From: a virus
Reading direction: 5' to 3' (one strand)
Length of the DNA stretch: 64,000 bases
Virus record (IMG/VR): IMGVR_UViG_3300032235_000911
Span: 31,645 to 95,644 of that record
Part shown: positions 57,603 to 64,000 of the stretch, piece after piece
Numbering within the stretch: position 1 is the first letter of the stretch
Layout of the letters: every line of letters starts with the position of its first letter
The notes under the pieces: model-generated
Seen by the model: only the letters and a program-made list of their open reading frames with translations
Databases searched by the model: none
What the model was told of the DNA's origin: nothing
Program-made: the position numbers and the translations under genes

Positions 57603-57655
57603 CGGTGTCCGTCACCGTGAAAAGACTTATCTCACAAGTCGGGGTGGGGTGGCAA
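57603..57655 (-). promoter_or_regulatory. sigma70-type promoter plus ANGGA leader hairpin
   Basis: TTGCCA-18-GATAAG; CGGTG-ACGGA-CACCG. Confidence 0.7.
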
Positions 57656-57661
57656 ACTTTT

Positions 57662-57705
57662 TTTTTGGGGGTTGATAGGGGCCGGCCCCGCTTGCCCACT
57701 TTTTT
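57662..57705 (-). repeat. cassette-boundary palindrome copy 7
   Basis: core 57678-57689. Confidence 0.9.
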
Positions 57706-57735
57706 TCGTGAGCAGGGGGCCGTTCTATTTATAGA

Positions 57736-58158
57736 CTAATCAAACTGCCGCTCATATTCCTCAATTGCAGCATCCTTTATGCTCTCCCATTCCTCTGCTG
57801 TGAACATTGAGGTATTGATAACAGCAGCGGGCTGGAGGCTATCATCAAGGAGGTGAATTTGAATGATATCAACATCGTGGCCTGGACCGTCAATGTAATC
57901 GTTGACAGCGGCATAGACACGAAAGAGGTCAGCATCACGTTCCCAATCAACAACAACATTGTGACTATCGGAAACATGGGGAAGAACGGCAGCAGGCATT
58001 TTTTTTCCTCGTGCAGCATACTTGTTTGTATGCTTGCGGTTATCGCGAAAGGTACCAGCCTTTGTAACGCCATTGATAATGACAACCATAAAAGGGTCAC
58101 GGCTCTTGACGGAGCGAGGGTTGACCTTTATGGACTTCACGTTACGCACGGCTGGCAC
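57736..58158 (-). CDS. hypothetical protein (basic N-half, acidic C-half)
   Basis: 140 aa ORF; internal GAGGA-ATG may be a second start. Confidence 0.65.
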   Translation of the reverse strand: MPAVRNVKSIKVNPRSVKSRDPFMVVIINGVTKAGTFRDNRKHTNKYAARGKKMPAAVLPHVSDSHNVVVDWERDADLFRVYAAVNDYIDGPGHDVDIIQIHLLDDSLQPAAVINTSMFTAEEWESIKDAAIEEYERQFD

Positions 58159-58177
58159 CTTTCACATTTAGATGATA

Positions 58178-58405
58178 CTACGGAACAACAATCTTGGCAA
58201 TACGGAAACGGTTATTCTTGTTTGTATTGCGGAACTCGCGGCTGATGTCTCGGGCGACCTTGCGGGTACGCAGGACCAGCGGACCCTTTTCGTCCACAAT
58301 GGTCTGCCAAGTCGGGGAGGCACTACCCCCCTGCCCCTTCTCCTTCCGGCTAACCTGCACGGCCCACATCGTATTGTGCTTCGTCGTCTTGAACTTGTAC
58401 GGCAT
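58178..58405 (-). CDS. small basic hypothetical protein
   Basis: AGGAGG RBS. Confidence 0.7.
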   Translation of the reverse strand: MPYKFKTTKHNTMWAVQVSRKEKGQGGSASPTWQTIVDEKGPLVLRTRKVARDISREFRNTNKNNRFRIAKIVVP

Positions 58406-58425
58406 CTCTCTATCCTCCTGCCCCT

Positions 58426-58680
58426 CTATCGGGTGGGCGTCCGATTGTGAACGTGTGTGAACTCACCCACGGTCCAACCGTGGGCTTCAAGTGTCTCTTT
58501 GTATGCCACAGCAACGCTCTGCGCGTCAAGGGCAATCATTTCGTCCGTCCAACTATCTTCATTGTCTGGCAACTTGCTGGGGCGTGTCACCATTTCAAGG
58601 TCAAGTGCATAGCACACTTCACCAAATGAACTAACGCCAGCCGTTCTCTTGGAACTCAGAATCTCCCTCGTCGTCGGCAT
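58426..58680 (-). CDS. hypothetical protein
   Basis: GAGGA RBS; MPTTREILSS... Confidence 0.6.
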   Translation of the reverse strand: MPTTREILSSKRTAGVSSFGEVCYALDLEMVTRPSKLPDNEDSWTDEMIALDAQSVAVAYKETLEAHGWTVGEFTHVHNRTPTR

Positions 58681-58903
58681 CTTCGTTTTCCTCTGCGTCC
58701 TCAAGACGCTCTGCGGCTGCACGGGCAAGGTTCCTCATACCATACTGCTCGTTTGGAGTCCAGTCCTCAATGTCGGCATCGCTGCCGTCCTCTGCTTCGA
58801 TGCGCTCAATCTTTACTACACCGTTGGAATAGCGGGTGGCATGGACCGTAAACTCTCCGTCCTTGTCACGATAGGGAAAACTTACGGTTGTCGCAATACT
58901 CAT
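58631..58903 (-). CDS. acidic hypothetical protein
   Basis: GAGGA RBS; MSIATTVSFPY... Confidence 0.7.
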   Translation of the reverse strand: MSIATTVSFPYRDKDGEFTVHATRYSNGVVKIERIEAEDGSDADIEDWTPNEQYGMRNLARAAAERLEDAEENEDADDEGDSEFQENGWR

Positions 58904-58905
58904 TT

Positions 58906-59142
58906 TTATTCTTCCTCGGCCAGCATGGCCCACAGACTGTTCTTTGTAGCAGGTTCACGAACCTCTGTCAACTGCTTTCGGAGTGACAGAACCCGATGCT
59001 CCATGACTATATTGAGCGATTGCCAATGCACTTCGACCATATCAAAACCTTCCTCCTCGTACTGGCAAACAATAACTCCCTTCCCATGCTCGGGATGGAT
59101 GATGATGGTCCCGCTGCGGAGGCTTGGCTCGCTGTTCGTCAT
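58906..59142 (-). CDS. small SH3-like protein, probably leaderless
   Basis: GTIIIHPEHGKGVIV..VEVHW; ATG 7 nt after the -10 box. Confidence 0.7.
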   Translation of the reverse strand: MTNSEPSLRSGTIIIHPEHGKGVIVCQYEEEGFDMVEVHWQSLNIVMEHRVLSLRKQLTEVREPATKNSLWAMLAEEE

Positions 59143-59185
59143 GAGTGGCTTTATCTCACAGGCAACCCCCCGCTGTCACCAAGTT

Positions 59186-59229
59186 TTTTTAGTGGGCGGT
59201 GGGGGCCGGCCCCGCTTGCCCCCTGTTTT
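59186..59229 (-). repeat. cassette-boundary palindrome copy 8
   Basis: core 59202-59213; GTGACA 22 nt away (minus), TTGACA 24 nt away (plus). Confidence 0.9.
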
Positions 59230-59278
59230 CTGCAGGCTTGACAAGGTGGCGCGGTGCGTTATGTTTTAGGGATAGAAC

Positions 59279-59298
59279 GCCCCCCCTTTCGGGGGGGC
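59279..59298. terminator. GC-rich hairpin downstream of 59316-59660
   Basis: GCCCCCCC-TTTC-GGGGGGGC (GAAA tetraloop on the minus strand). Confidence 0.55.
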
Positions 59299-59315
59299 TG
59301 ACGCTTGCCCTACGA

Positions 59316-59660
59316 TTAGGGGTTAGCGGAAATCTGCTCCTCGCTCTCGGCCTCCTCCAGCGCAGCCAGTTTAGCCTGAAGCGCGGCAAACTGGTCGGCA
59401 ACATCGTTTTCGACCTCCGGCACCGGCTCCTCCGTAGAGGATTCACTCTCCGGCGAGAGTACGCTAACCGTATCGGTTGGGAAGTACCCACCATTACGTC
59501 CACGGCGGCAGTTGACGGAACCATCGGAGGTCAGCTCCTTGAGGACGGACAGGGCATCCTCACCGTGGGTGCTGATGATTGCACTCTTGGGGCAAGGACG
59601 CTTGTTCTCCTGCTGATACTCGGCAACGAACTGGAGAAGGTCAGACTTGGAAACGGCCAT
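59316..59660 (-). CDS. winged-helix protein with an acidic/coiled-coil tail
   Basis: LKELTSDGSVNCRRGRNGGY wing (Rrf2-like); TTGCAG-17-TAGAGT promoter upstream. Confidence 0.7.
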   Translation of the reverse strand: MAVSKSDLLQFVAEYQQENKRPCPKSAIISTHGEDALSVLKELTSDGSVNCRRGRNGGYFPTDTVSVLSPESESSTEEPVPEVENDVADQFAALQAKLAALEEAESEEQISANP

Positions 59661-59742
59661 CGGGAACCTCTACGCTGGACTGTGCCAGCTTGTTGGGGGC
59701 TGTATTGCCCTCTCAACTTGACGGACTCTAGCAGACTTACGG

Positions 59743-59886
59743 TTAGGCTGCAAGTGGAAAAAGGAAATCTTCACCGCACTCTGGACATAAGCAGACCTCT
59801 TTGGTAAAGAACATATCGTTCTCGTCGAACACCTCTGTTTCGCCAATCTCTACCGCTTCGCAGTGGTCGCAATCAACGGCTTCCAT
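59743..59886 (-). CDS. 47-aa zinc-ribbon protein (not in ORF track)
   Basis: MEAVDCDHC..CLCPECGEDFLFPLAA; GGAGG RBS; TAGACA-17-TATTAT promoter upstream. Confidence 0.7.
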   Translation of the reverse strand: MEAVDCDHCEAVEIGETEVFDENDMFFTKEVCLCPECGEDFLFPLAA

Positions 59887-59948
59887 CCCTACCTCCCTCC
59901 TGCTGATGGTTGAATAATACCCCCACTCCCTCCTGCTGTCTACCCCTA

Positions 59949-59992
59949 TTTTTGGTGGGCAGGGGGGGCCGGTCCCTCTCTACCCCTATATC
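59949..59992. repeat. cassette-boundary palindrome copy 9 (divergent junction, promoter on both sides)
   Basis: core GGGGCCGGTCCC 59965-59976; TAGACA 22 nt away (minus) and TTGACC 23 nt away (plus). Confidence 0.88.
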
Positions 59993-60035
59993 TTTTCTCT
60001 TGACCCTGCCCCCCGTTCTGCCCTACTATCTCTCC

Positions 60036-60245
60036 ATGAGCCAACGAGTCCTGCCGGAAGTCGGTGAGTTATGGGTCTATTGCGACGAAGGTGAGCGGCC
60101 ATTTCTGTTTTTGCAACGGTTGCCAACACCCTCATGGGGCGACCATGAGGTTGGCGCACTCTATCGCGCACTAGATATAAAGTATGGTAGTATTAGAGAA
60201 ATAGAAGTAGGACAGTATCTCCAAAACTATCACAAGGTAGGATAA
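60036..60245 (+). CDS. EVGELW-family SH3-like paralog 1, probably leaderless
   Basis: LPEVGELW..FLFL; ATG 6 nt after TACTAT. Confidence 0.75.
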   Translation: MSQRVLPEVGELWVYCDEGERPFLFLQRLPTPSWGDHEVGALYRALDIKYGSIREIEVGQYLQNYHKVG

Positions 60246-60246
60246 C

Positions 60247-60483
60247 ATGGCAGACTTGACTGACAAGCAGAAGCAGGAAATGTGGAAGAAGTGTCCTTTC
60301 AAGTTGGGCGATACGGTACTTGGCAACGATGATAAGCCTTGGATTATTATGGATATTGTGGAGTGGCATAGTTTTTCTACTTGGACAATGAAAATCTATG
60401 ACCATCAAACTACAGAGCAGCGTGATGAACTGCTTGACATCTACAGTAACCAAGTGCTAGATGAGAACTTTTACGAGGGATAA
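60247..60483 (+). CDS. small SH3/KOW-like protein
   Basis: PFKLGDTVL..WIIMDI. Confidence 0.7.
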   Translation: MADLTDKQKQEMWKKCPFKLGDTVLGNDDKPWIIMDIVEWHSFSTWTMKIYDHQTTEQRDELLDIYSNQVLDENFYEG

Positions 60484-60484
60484 G

Positions 60485-60667
60485 ATGCCGCTGGAACCCG
60501 AAGCTGGCGAGTTATGGAAGTGGTTTGGAGGCCAGCATTTTCTACTGCTGCAAAAGAAATCCCAGTACGGTGACAAGTTTGTGGTATTAGAACTTGCAAC
60601 GGGTAGCATAAAGGATATGTACTTTCACAAAAGCGAGATAGGTAGTTCATGGATAAAGGTTGCATAA
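60485..60667 (+). CDS. EVGELW-family paralog 2
   Basis: PEAGELWKW..FLLL..WIKVA. Confidence 0.75.
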   Translation: MPLEPEAGELWKWFGGQHFLLLQKKSQYGDKFVVLELATGSIKDMYFHKSEIGSSWIKVA

Positions 60668-60669
60668 AC

Positions 60670-60843
60670 ATGGAGGTTGGCGAGGTATGGAGATGGGTGG
60701 ATGAGAACCCCCTCCTTCTCCTGCTAAGGGAAGAAGAAATGGACGGCGGTATATTTTTTCTCTGTCTTGACTTGACGACAGAGGAGAAGTTCAGTATGGT
60801 TTTCCATCCAGCACTCATGGACCGCTGGACGAGGTTAGCATGA
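60670..60843 (+). CDS. EVGELW-family paralog 3
   Basis: EVGEVWRW..LLLL..WTRLA. Confidence 0.7.
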   Translation: MEVGEVWRWVDENPLLLLLREEEMDGGIFFLCLDLTTEEKFSMVFHPALMDRWTRLA

Positions 60844-61172
60844 CCTGTGTAGAGTGTGGTGACGAGTACGGATGGGACAAGAACCGTGCCAAGTTGGGCG
60901 GCAAGCGTACCCACTGTGGCGACTGTGCCGACGAAACCAGCGTCCGTTATGTTGGCGTTTCGGCTGGCGAAGGTAAGATGAGTGCCGTTCAAGTGTTGAA
61001 GTTTGATAATCCTGCTGACCGTGAGGCGTATGTTGAGGCTTGGAAGGTCAATAGCGGACTCTACAAAGGCAAGAGTTGCCAGATTGGTCGTGGACTTACT
61101 AGCACCCCATCTGTCAAGTTCCAGACCGTTACAACCAACAACCCCAATGCTAACCATAAAGGTAAAGCATGA
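60840..61172 (+). CDS. zinc-finger hypothetical protein
   Basis: CVECG..HCGDCA. Confidence 0.75.
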   Translation: MTCVECGDEYGWDKNRAKLGGKRTHCGDCADETSVRYVGVSAGEGKMSAVQVLKFDNPADREAYVEAWKVNSGLYKGKSCQIGRGLTSTPSVKFQTVTTNNPNANHKGKA

Positions 61173-61378
61173 ATATCCCAGACCGCTTACCAGAAGTGGG
61201 CGAAATATGGGGATGGGGAAACTCTAAAAAATATGTCAAGTTTCTTGTGCTTGGCATAGAACATGATAGTAACAAAGACCTATTGCCATACACAATGAGA
61301 GGAATAGTATTGGACTCAAAAGAAACAGTTGTATCTGATAGATACAGTTTTCATTCATACTGGTCGAGGATAGCGTGA
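61169..61378 (+). CDS. EVGELW-family paralog 4
   Basis: LPEVGEIW..FLVLGI..WSRIA. Confidence 0.75.
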   Translation: MNIPDRLPEVGEIWGWGNSKKYVKFLVLGIEHDSNKDLLPYTMRGIVLDSKETVVSDRYSFHSYWSRIA

Positions 61379-61590
61379 CAATCATTCCCGAAATCGGTGA
61401 ACTGTGGGAGTACCGCAACGGGGGGCAACACCTTTGCGTGCTTGTGCTTGGCGTGAGTGCCGCCATAAAAACGGATGGAGTAGAGATTCGGTGCATAAAC
61501 ATAATAAATAGCGGCTTTTCAAGGGACAGCGAATATTGGTGTTTCTCAACGGAGGAACACCAGCGTTCAAACTGGAAGAAGGTGGCGTGA
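61375..61590 (+). CDS. EVGELW-family paralog 5
   Basis: PEIGELW..VLVLGV..WKKVA. Confidence 0.75.
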   Translation: MTIIPEIGELWEYRNGGQHLCVLVLGVSAAIKTDGVEIRCINIINSGFSRDSEYWCFSTEEHQRSNWKKVA

Positions 61591-61820
61591 TGGCGAAGCG
61601 TAAAGCAGCAGAGATTGGCGAGTTGTGGATTCGCAGCATTGGCGGCGAACAGGAAGGCTTACTCATACTGGGGATTGAGAAGAATCACCGTGAGATTGGA
61701 TTGGATTATTATTCTTACACGGTACTTGAGCCAATGACAGGGCAGACCTTCACCTTTGATAAAATCTTTCCTATCCGTGAAAGTTACACGGCTGGTACGC
61801 GATGGAAACGGGCAGATTAG
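61590..61820 (+). CDS. EVGELW-family paralog 6
   Basis: AEIGELW..LLILGI..WKRAD. Confidence 0.75.
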   Translation: MAKRKAAEIGELWIRSIGGEQEGLLILGIEKNHREIGLDYYSYTVLEPMTGQTFTFDKIFPIRESYTAGTRWKRAD

Positions 61821-61858
61821 GTGGTTTGGCGGGGCCGGCCCCCCTTGACCCCTATTTT
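61815..61858 (+). repeat. cassette-boundary palindrome copy 10
   Basis: core 61831-61842; TTGACC-18-CATAAG starts 23 nt after the core. Confidence 0.9.
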
Positions 61859-61916
61859 TTCCTGCTTGACCCCTGCTCCCCGTTTATGGCATAAGACTGG
61901 ACATCGGAGGTGACGC

Positions 61917-62132
61917 ATGAGTGTTGAGGCTACGCTTGCACAGATGGCTGGCGAGGATAGCGCGGAAACAAAGGGATGGGACGATGGCATGGATTTTGCC
62001 AATACTCTCAAGATGGGAGTTCTTGAAGAACTGCGTGAGTTGCGCCGTCTGAACTACCCAGACGCCTACATCGACGCATGGAAAGCCTCTGCAAGTAGTA
62101 TTTTTTACACCTTGACTGACGAGAGCAAGTAG
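61917..62132 (+). CDS. hypothetical acidic protein
   Basis: GGAGG RBS. Confidence 0.75.
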   Translation: MSVEATLAQMAGEDSAETKGWDDGMDFANTLKMGVLEELRELRRLNYPDAYIDAWKASASSIFYTLTDESK

Positions 62133-62169
62133 GATAAAGTTGCATTTCACCCTGCAACGGAGGTAAGTC

Positions 62170-62958
62170 ATGGCTCGCAAGAAGGCAGCGATTCAACCGT
62201 TTGATTTTTCGGATTTCTCCTGCGATACGGATAAGTTGACGCTGGACAAGTATAAAACCGATGCCGACATTCTTGCACGGTTGGAGTTTATCGACAAGAA
62301 CAAGGAACATGGTGAATATTACCTGAAGCGAAACATTCAGTTTATGAAGAACGGTGAGACCTTCCAGTCATTCAACAAGTGGACAAAGCGTAATATTCTG
62401 CAAGTCCTTTGGAGGTATGAGGACACGCTTCAGCAGCAGGAAACCGTCCGTTTCCGTGAGTGGTACGATAAGCGTGAGGACGCGCAGCAGGCATGGCGCG
62501 AGTGCTGGTCCTCCATGTACGGGCTGCACAGTTGGCAGGGTTATTTCAACAATGGCACCTATTCCGCACAGGAAACACGGGACGAATGGGCCAAGTTGGA
62601 AACCGCTGGTCCCTCTGACCCCTGTATGTGGGATGAATTTCTCTGTAACTACGCTGTAAAAAGTTATGTGGAACTGCACCGCAATCCTAAGTATGAGATT
62701 GGCGACCTTGTGCTGCTCCGTAAGGCATACATTGGAAGCTGGCGTTATGACCCCGATACGGAACTTGATATTGCGATTCCCCGTCTTGGCACCATCATGG
62801 GTTACAAGGACGAAACAGGCGGCAAGCGCAAGAGTTCGTCAAGTGCTGGTAGCCGCACCGTCTCAGTCCTGTGGCTTGGAAAGAATGATATCATTGATGT
62901 AATGGAGAAGACTATCAAGTTGGAATGTCGCAAGGGTCACAAGATGGGCAAGGTCTAA
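62170..62958 (+). CDS. hypothetical protein with a C-terminal SH3/KOW-like domain
   Basis: 262 aa; GGAGG RBS; PKYEIGDLV..LGTIM..VSVLW. Confidence 0.8.
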   Translation: MARKKAAIQPFDFSDFSCDTDKLTLDKYKTDADILARLEFIDKNKEHGEYYLKRNIQFMKNGETFQSFNKWTKRNILQVLWRYEDTLQQQETVRFREWYDKREDAQQAWRECWSSMYGLHSWQGYFNNGTYSAQETRDEWAKLETAGPSDPCMWDEFLCNYAVKSYVELHRNPKYEIGDLVLLRKAYIGSWRYDPDTELDIAIPRLGTIMGYKDETGGKRKSSSSAGSRTVSVLWLGKNDIIDVMEKTIKLECRKGHKMGKV

Positions 62959-62979
62959 CCCCTACTCCCTCTCCTGCTG

Positions 62980-63023
62980 GAAACGGTGGGCAGAGGGGGC
63001 CGGCCCCCACCGCACCCTATTTT
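62980..63023 (+). repeat. cassette-boundary palindrome copy 11
   Basis: core 62996-63007 (14-bp palindrome 62995-63008); TTGACC-17-TATGTT starts 23 nt after the core. Confidence 0.9.
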
Positions 63024-63081
63024 TTTATCCTTGACCCCCTGAACGGGCTGTTGTATGTTTCTTTTCAAGAAGGAGGCAGAC

Positions 63082-63450
63082 ATGGCTTTTCAGTGGCACG
63101 GTAGAGACAATGGCGAACTTGTGTGGGAGCAGCAGATTACCCGTTACTATTTCATTAGCGACGAGGAGATTATCACAAAGCACCGTCATGGTGAAAGCAG
63201 CCCCATCAAGGTGGGAACCCGTCTTAAACTCACAAAAAGCGAGGCACATAAGTTTTTCAAGCATGGCTATATTGAATACAAAACCGTAACTTGGAATGAA
63301 AAAAAGGATCTTTTTGACCGTATCGTCGTACCGTTGACAAAGGGTACAATCGGGAAGGATATCGAAACGAGGTATCTAAAGCAGAGTCCATGTACACAGG
63401 AAGAAGTGTCGCCCCGCAAGAAGAAGCTTGCAAACCCAACAGAACCCTGA
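63082..63450 (+). CDS. hypothetical protein
   Basis: AAGGAGG RBS; MAFQWHGRDN... Confidence 0.8.
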   Translation: MAFQWHGRDNGELVWEQQITRYYFISDEEIITKHRHGESSPIKVGTRLKLTKSEAHKFFKHGYIEYKTVTWNEKKDLFDRIVVPLTKGTIGKDIETRYLKQSPCTQEEVSPRKKKLANPTEP

Positions 63451-63482
63451 TAAAGTCCACCTTACTTTAAAAGGAGCCACCG

Positions 63483-63659
63483 ATGACCGACAAGTTGACG
63501 CTGGAGCTGGATTACGATAGTGCCAACCTGCTCCTGCACGTTATCCGAGAAGGGCTTGATAACGGCTGTCGTGGTCTTGAAGTAGACGACGAGGATAAAG
63601 TTATGGATGTGCGTGATGCGCTCCTTAACTGGTTGACAGACCAACAGAAGGCATGGTAG
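63483..63659 (+). CDS. 58-aa hypothetical protein (not in ORF track)
   Basis: AAGGAG RBS; MTDKLTLELDYDSANLLLHVI... Confidence 0.7.
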   Translation: MTDKLTLELDYDSANLLLHVIREGLDNGCRGLEVDDEDKVMDVRDALLNWLTDQQKAW

Positions 63660-63693
63660 GTTCTACATTCACCCGCAACAGGAGGAGTAGACG

Positions 63694-63876
63694 ATGACAC
63701 GACAGTTTGTAAGGTGCTGCGACTACAATAAGGCTGACGACAATATCTATTTTGACGAGCATCCCGATAGCCTCTGTTTCCGCGATGCAAGGGGCGATGA
63801 CCCTTTTGAGTATTGCCCTTGGTGTGGTGTCCTGCTGGATTGGAACCTGCCGATGACAGAAGGAAAAAAGAAGTAG
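63694..63876 (+). CDS. small Cys-rich protein
   Basis: AGGAGG RBS; RCC..YCPWCG. Confidence 0.75.
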   Translation: MTRQFVRCCDYNKADDNIYFDEHPDSLCFRDARGDDPFEYCPWCGVLLDWNLPMTEGKKK

Positions 63877-63998
63877 TTGACAAGGCTGGCAAGACAAGGT
63901 AAGATGGGTTCACAAGTTGGGGATGCACTTAGGCCCCCTCTGCTCATTGAAAAAAGAATAAAAAAGAAGTTGAAAGAAGTAGAGAGTTGTGGTATAGT
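63877..63998 (+). promoter_or_regulatory. two tandem sigma70-type promoters
   Basis: TTGACA-17-TAAGAT (63877-63905) and TTGAAA-17-TATAGT (63970-63998). Confidence 0.7.
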
Positions 63999-64000
63999 AG

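Noticed and set aside
55170-62679. Long opposite-strand ORFs in the GC-rich arm (e.g. 55170-55664, 56248-56742, 57158-57739, 58649-59269, 59199-59807, 60471-61157)
   Set aside because: They are shadows of RBS-supported genes on the other strand; some run across the palindromes and lack a convincing RBS.
51831-63023. Palindrome array as a CRISPR array or classical integron
   Set aside because: Spacing is 0.5-1.9 kb with whole genes between copies. There are no RYYYAAC/GTTRRRY attC ends, the cassettes have their own promoters, and no cas or intI gene is in the window.

Overview
The window is part of a large (jumbo-type) myophage genome with two distinct arms. Left arm (1-51.5 kb, AT-rich, almost all minus strand): a virion tail/baseplate operon (gp6-like and gp25-like wedge proteins, LamG/DNRLRE proteins, spike, tail lysozyme, hub-SGNH esterase), a gp55-like late sigma factor, a glycosylation cluster (four glycosyltransferases, a methyltransferase, Gmd), a PD-(D/E)XK nuclease, PhoH, PurB, a TrmH-family methyltransferase, an EcoRI-like endonuclease plus Dam-class methyltransferase, a ClpP-like protease, five tRNAs (two atypical), several HNH endonucleases and a DEDDh exonuclease. 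Right arm (51.8-64 kb, GC-rich): an early-type region built as an array of small gene cassettes. Eleven copies of a ~44-bp tripartite palindrome (GG[TG]GG-N6-GGGGCCGGCCCC-N6-CC[AC]C) separate the cassettes. Ten copies have a sigma70-type -35 box exactly 22-23 nt from the core. One copy joins two cassette ends and another joins two promoters, which is the pattern expected if the 56.2-60.0 kb block was inverted through the palindromes. Many cassette leaders carry a hairpin with an ANGGA pentaloop (CsrA/RsmA-like). Cargo includes unannotated 22-28 aa membrane peptides, two stand-alone LexA DNA-binding domains and a tandem family of SH3-like paralogs. All assignments come from motif recognition by eye; no searches were run.
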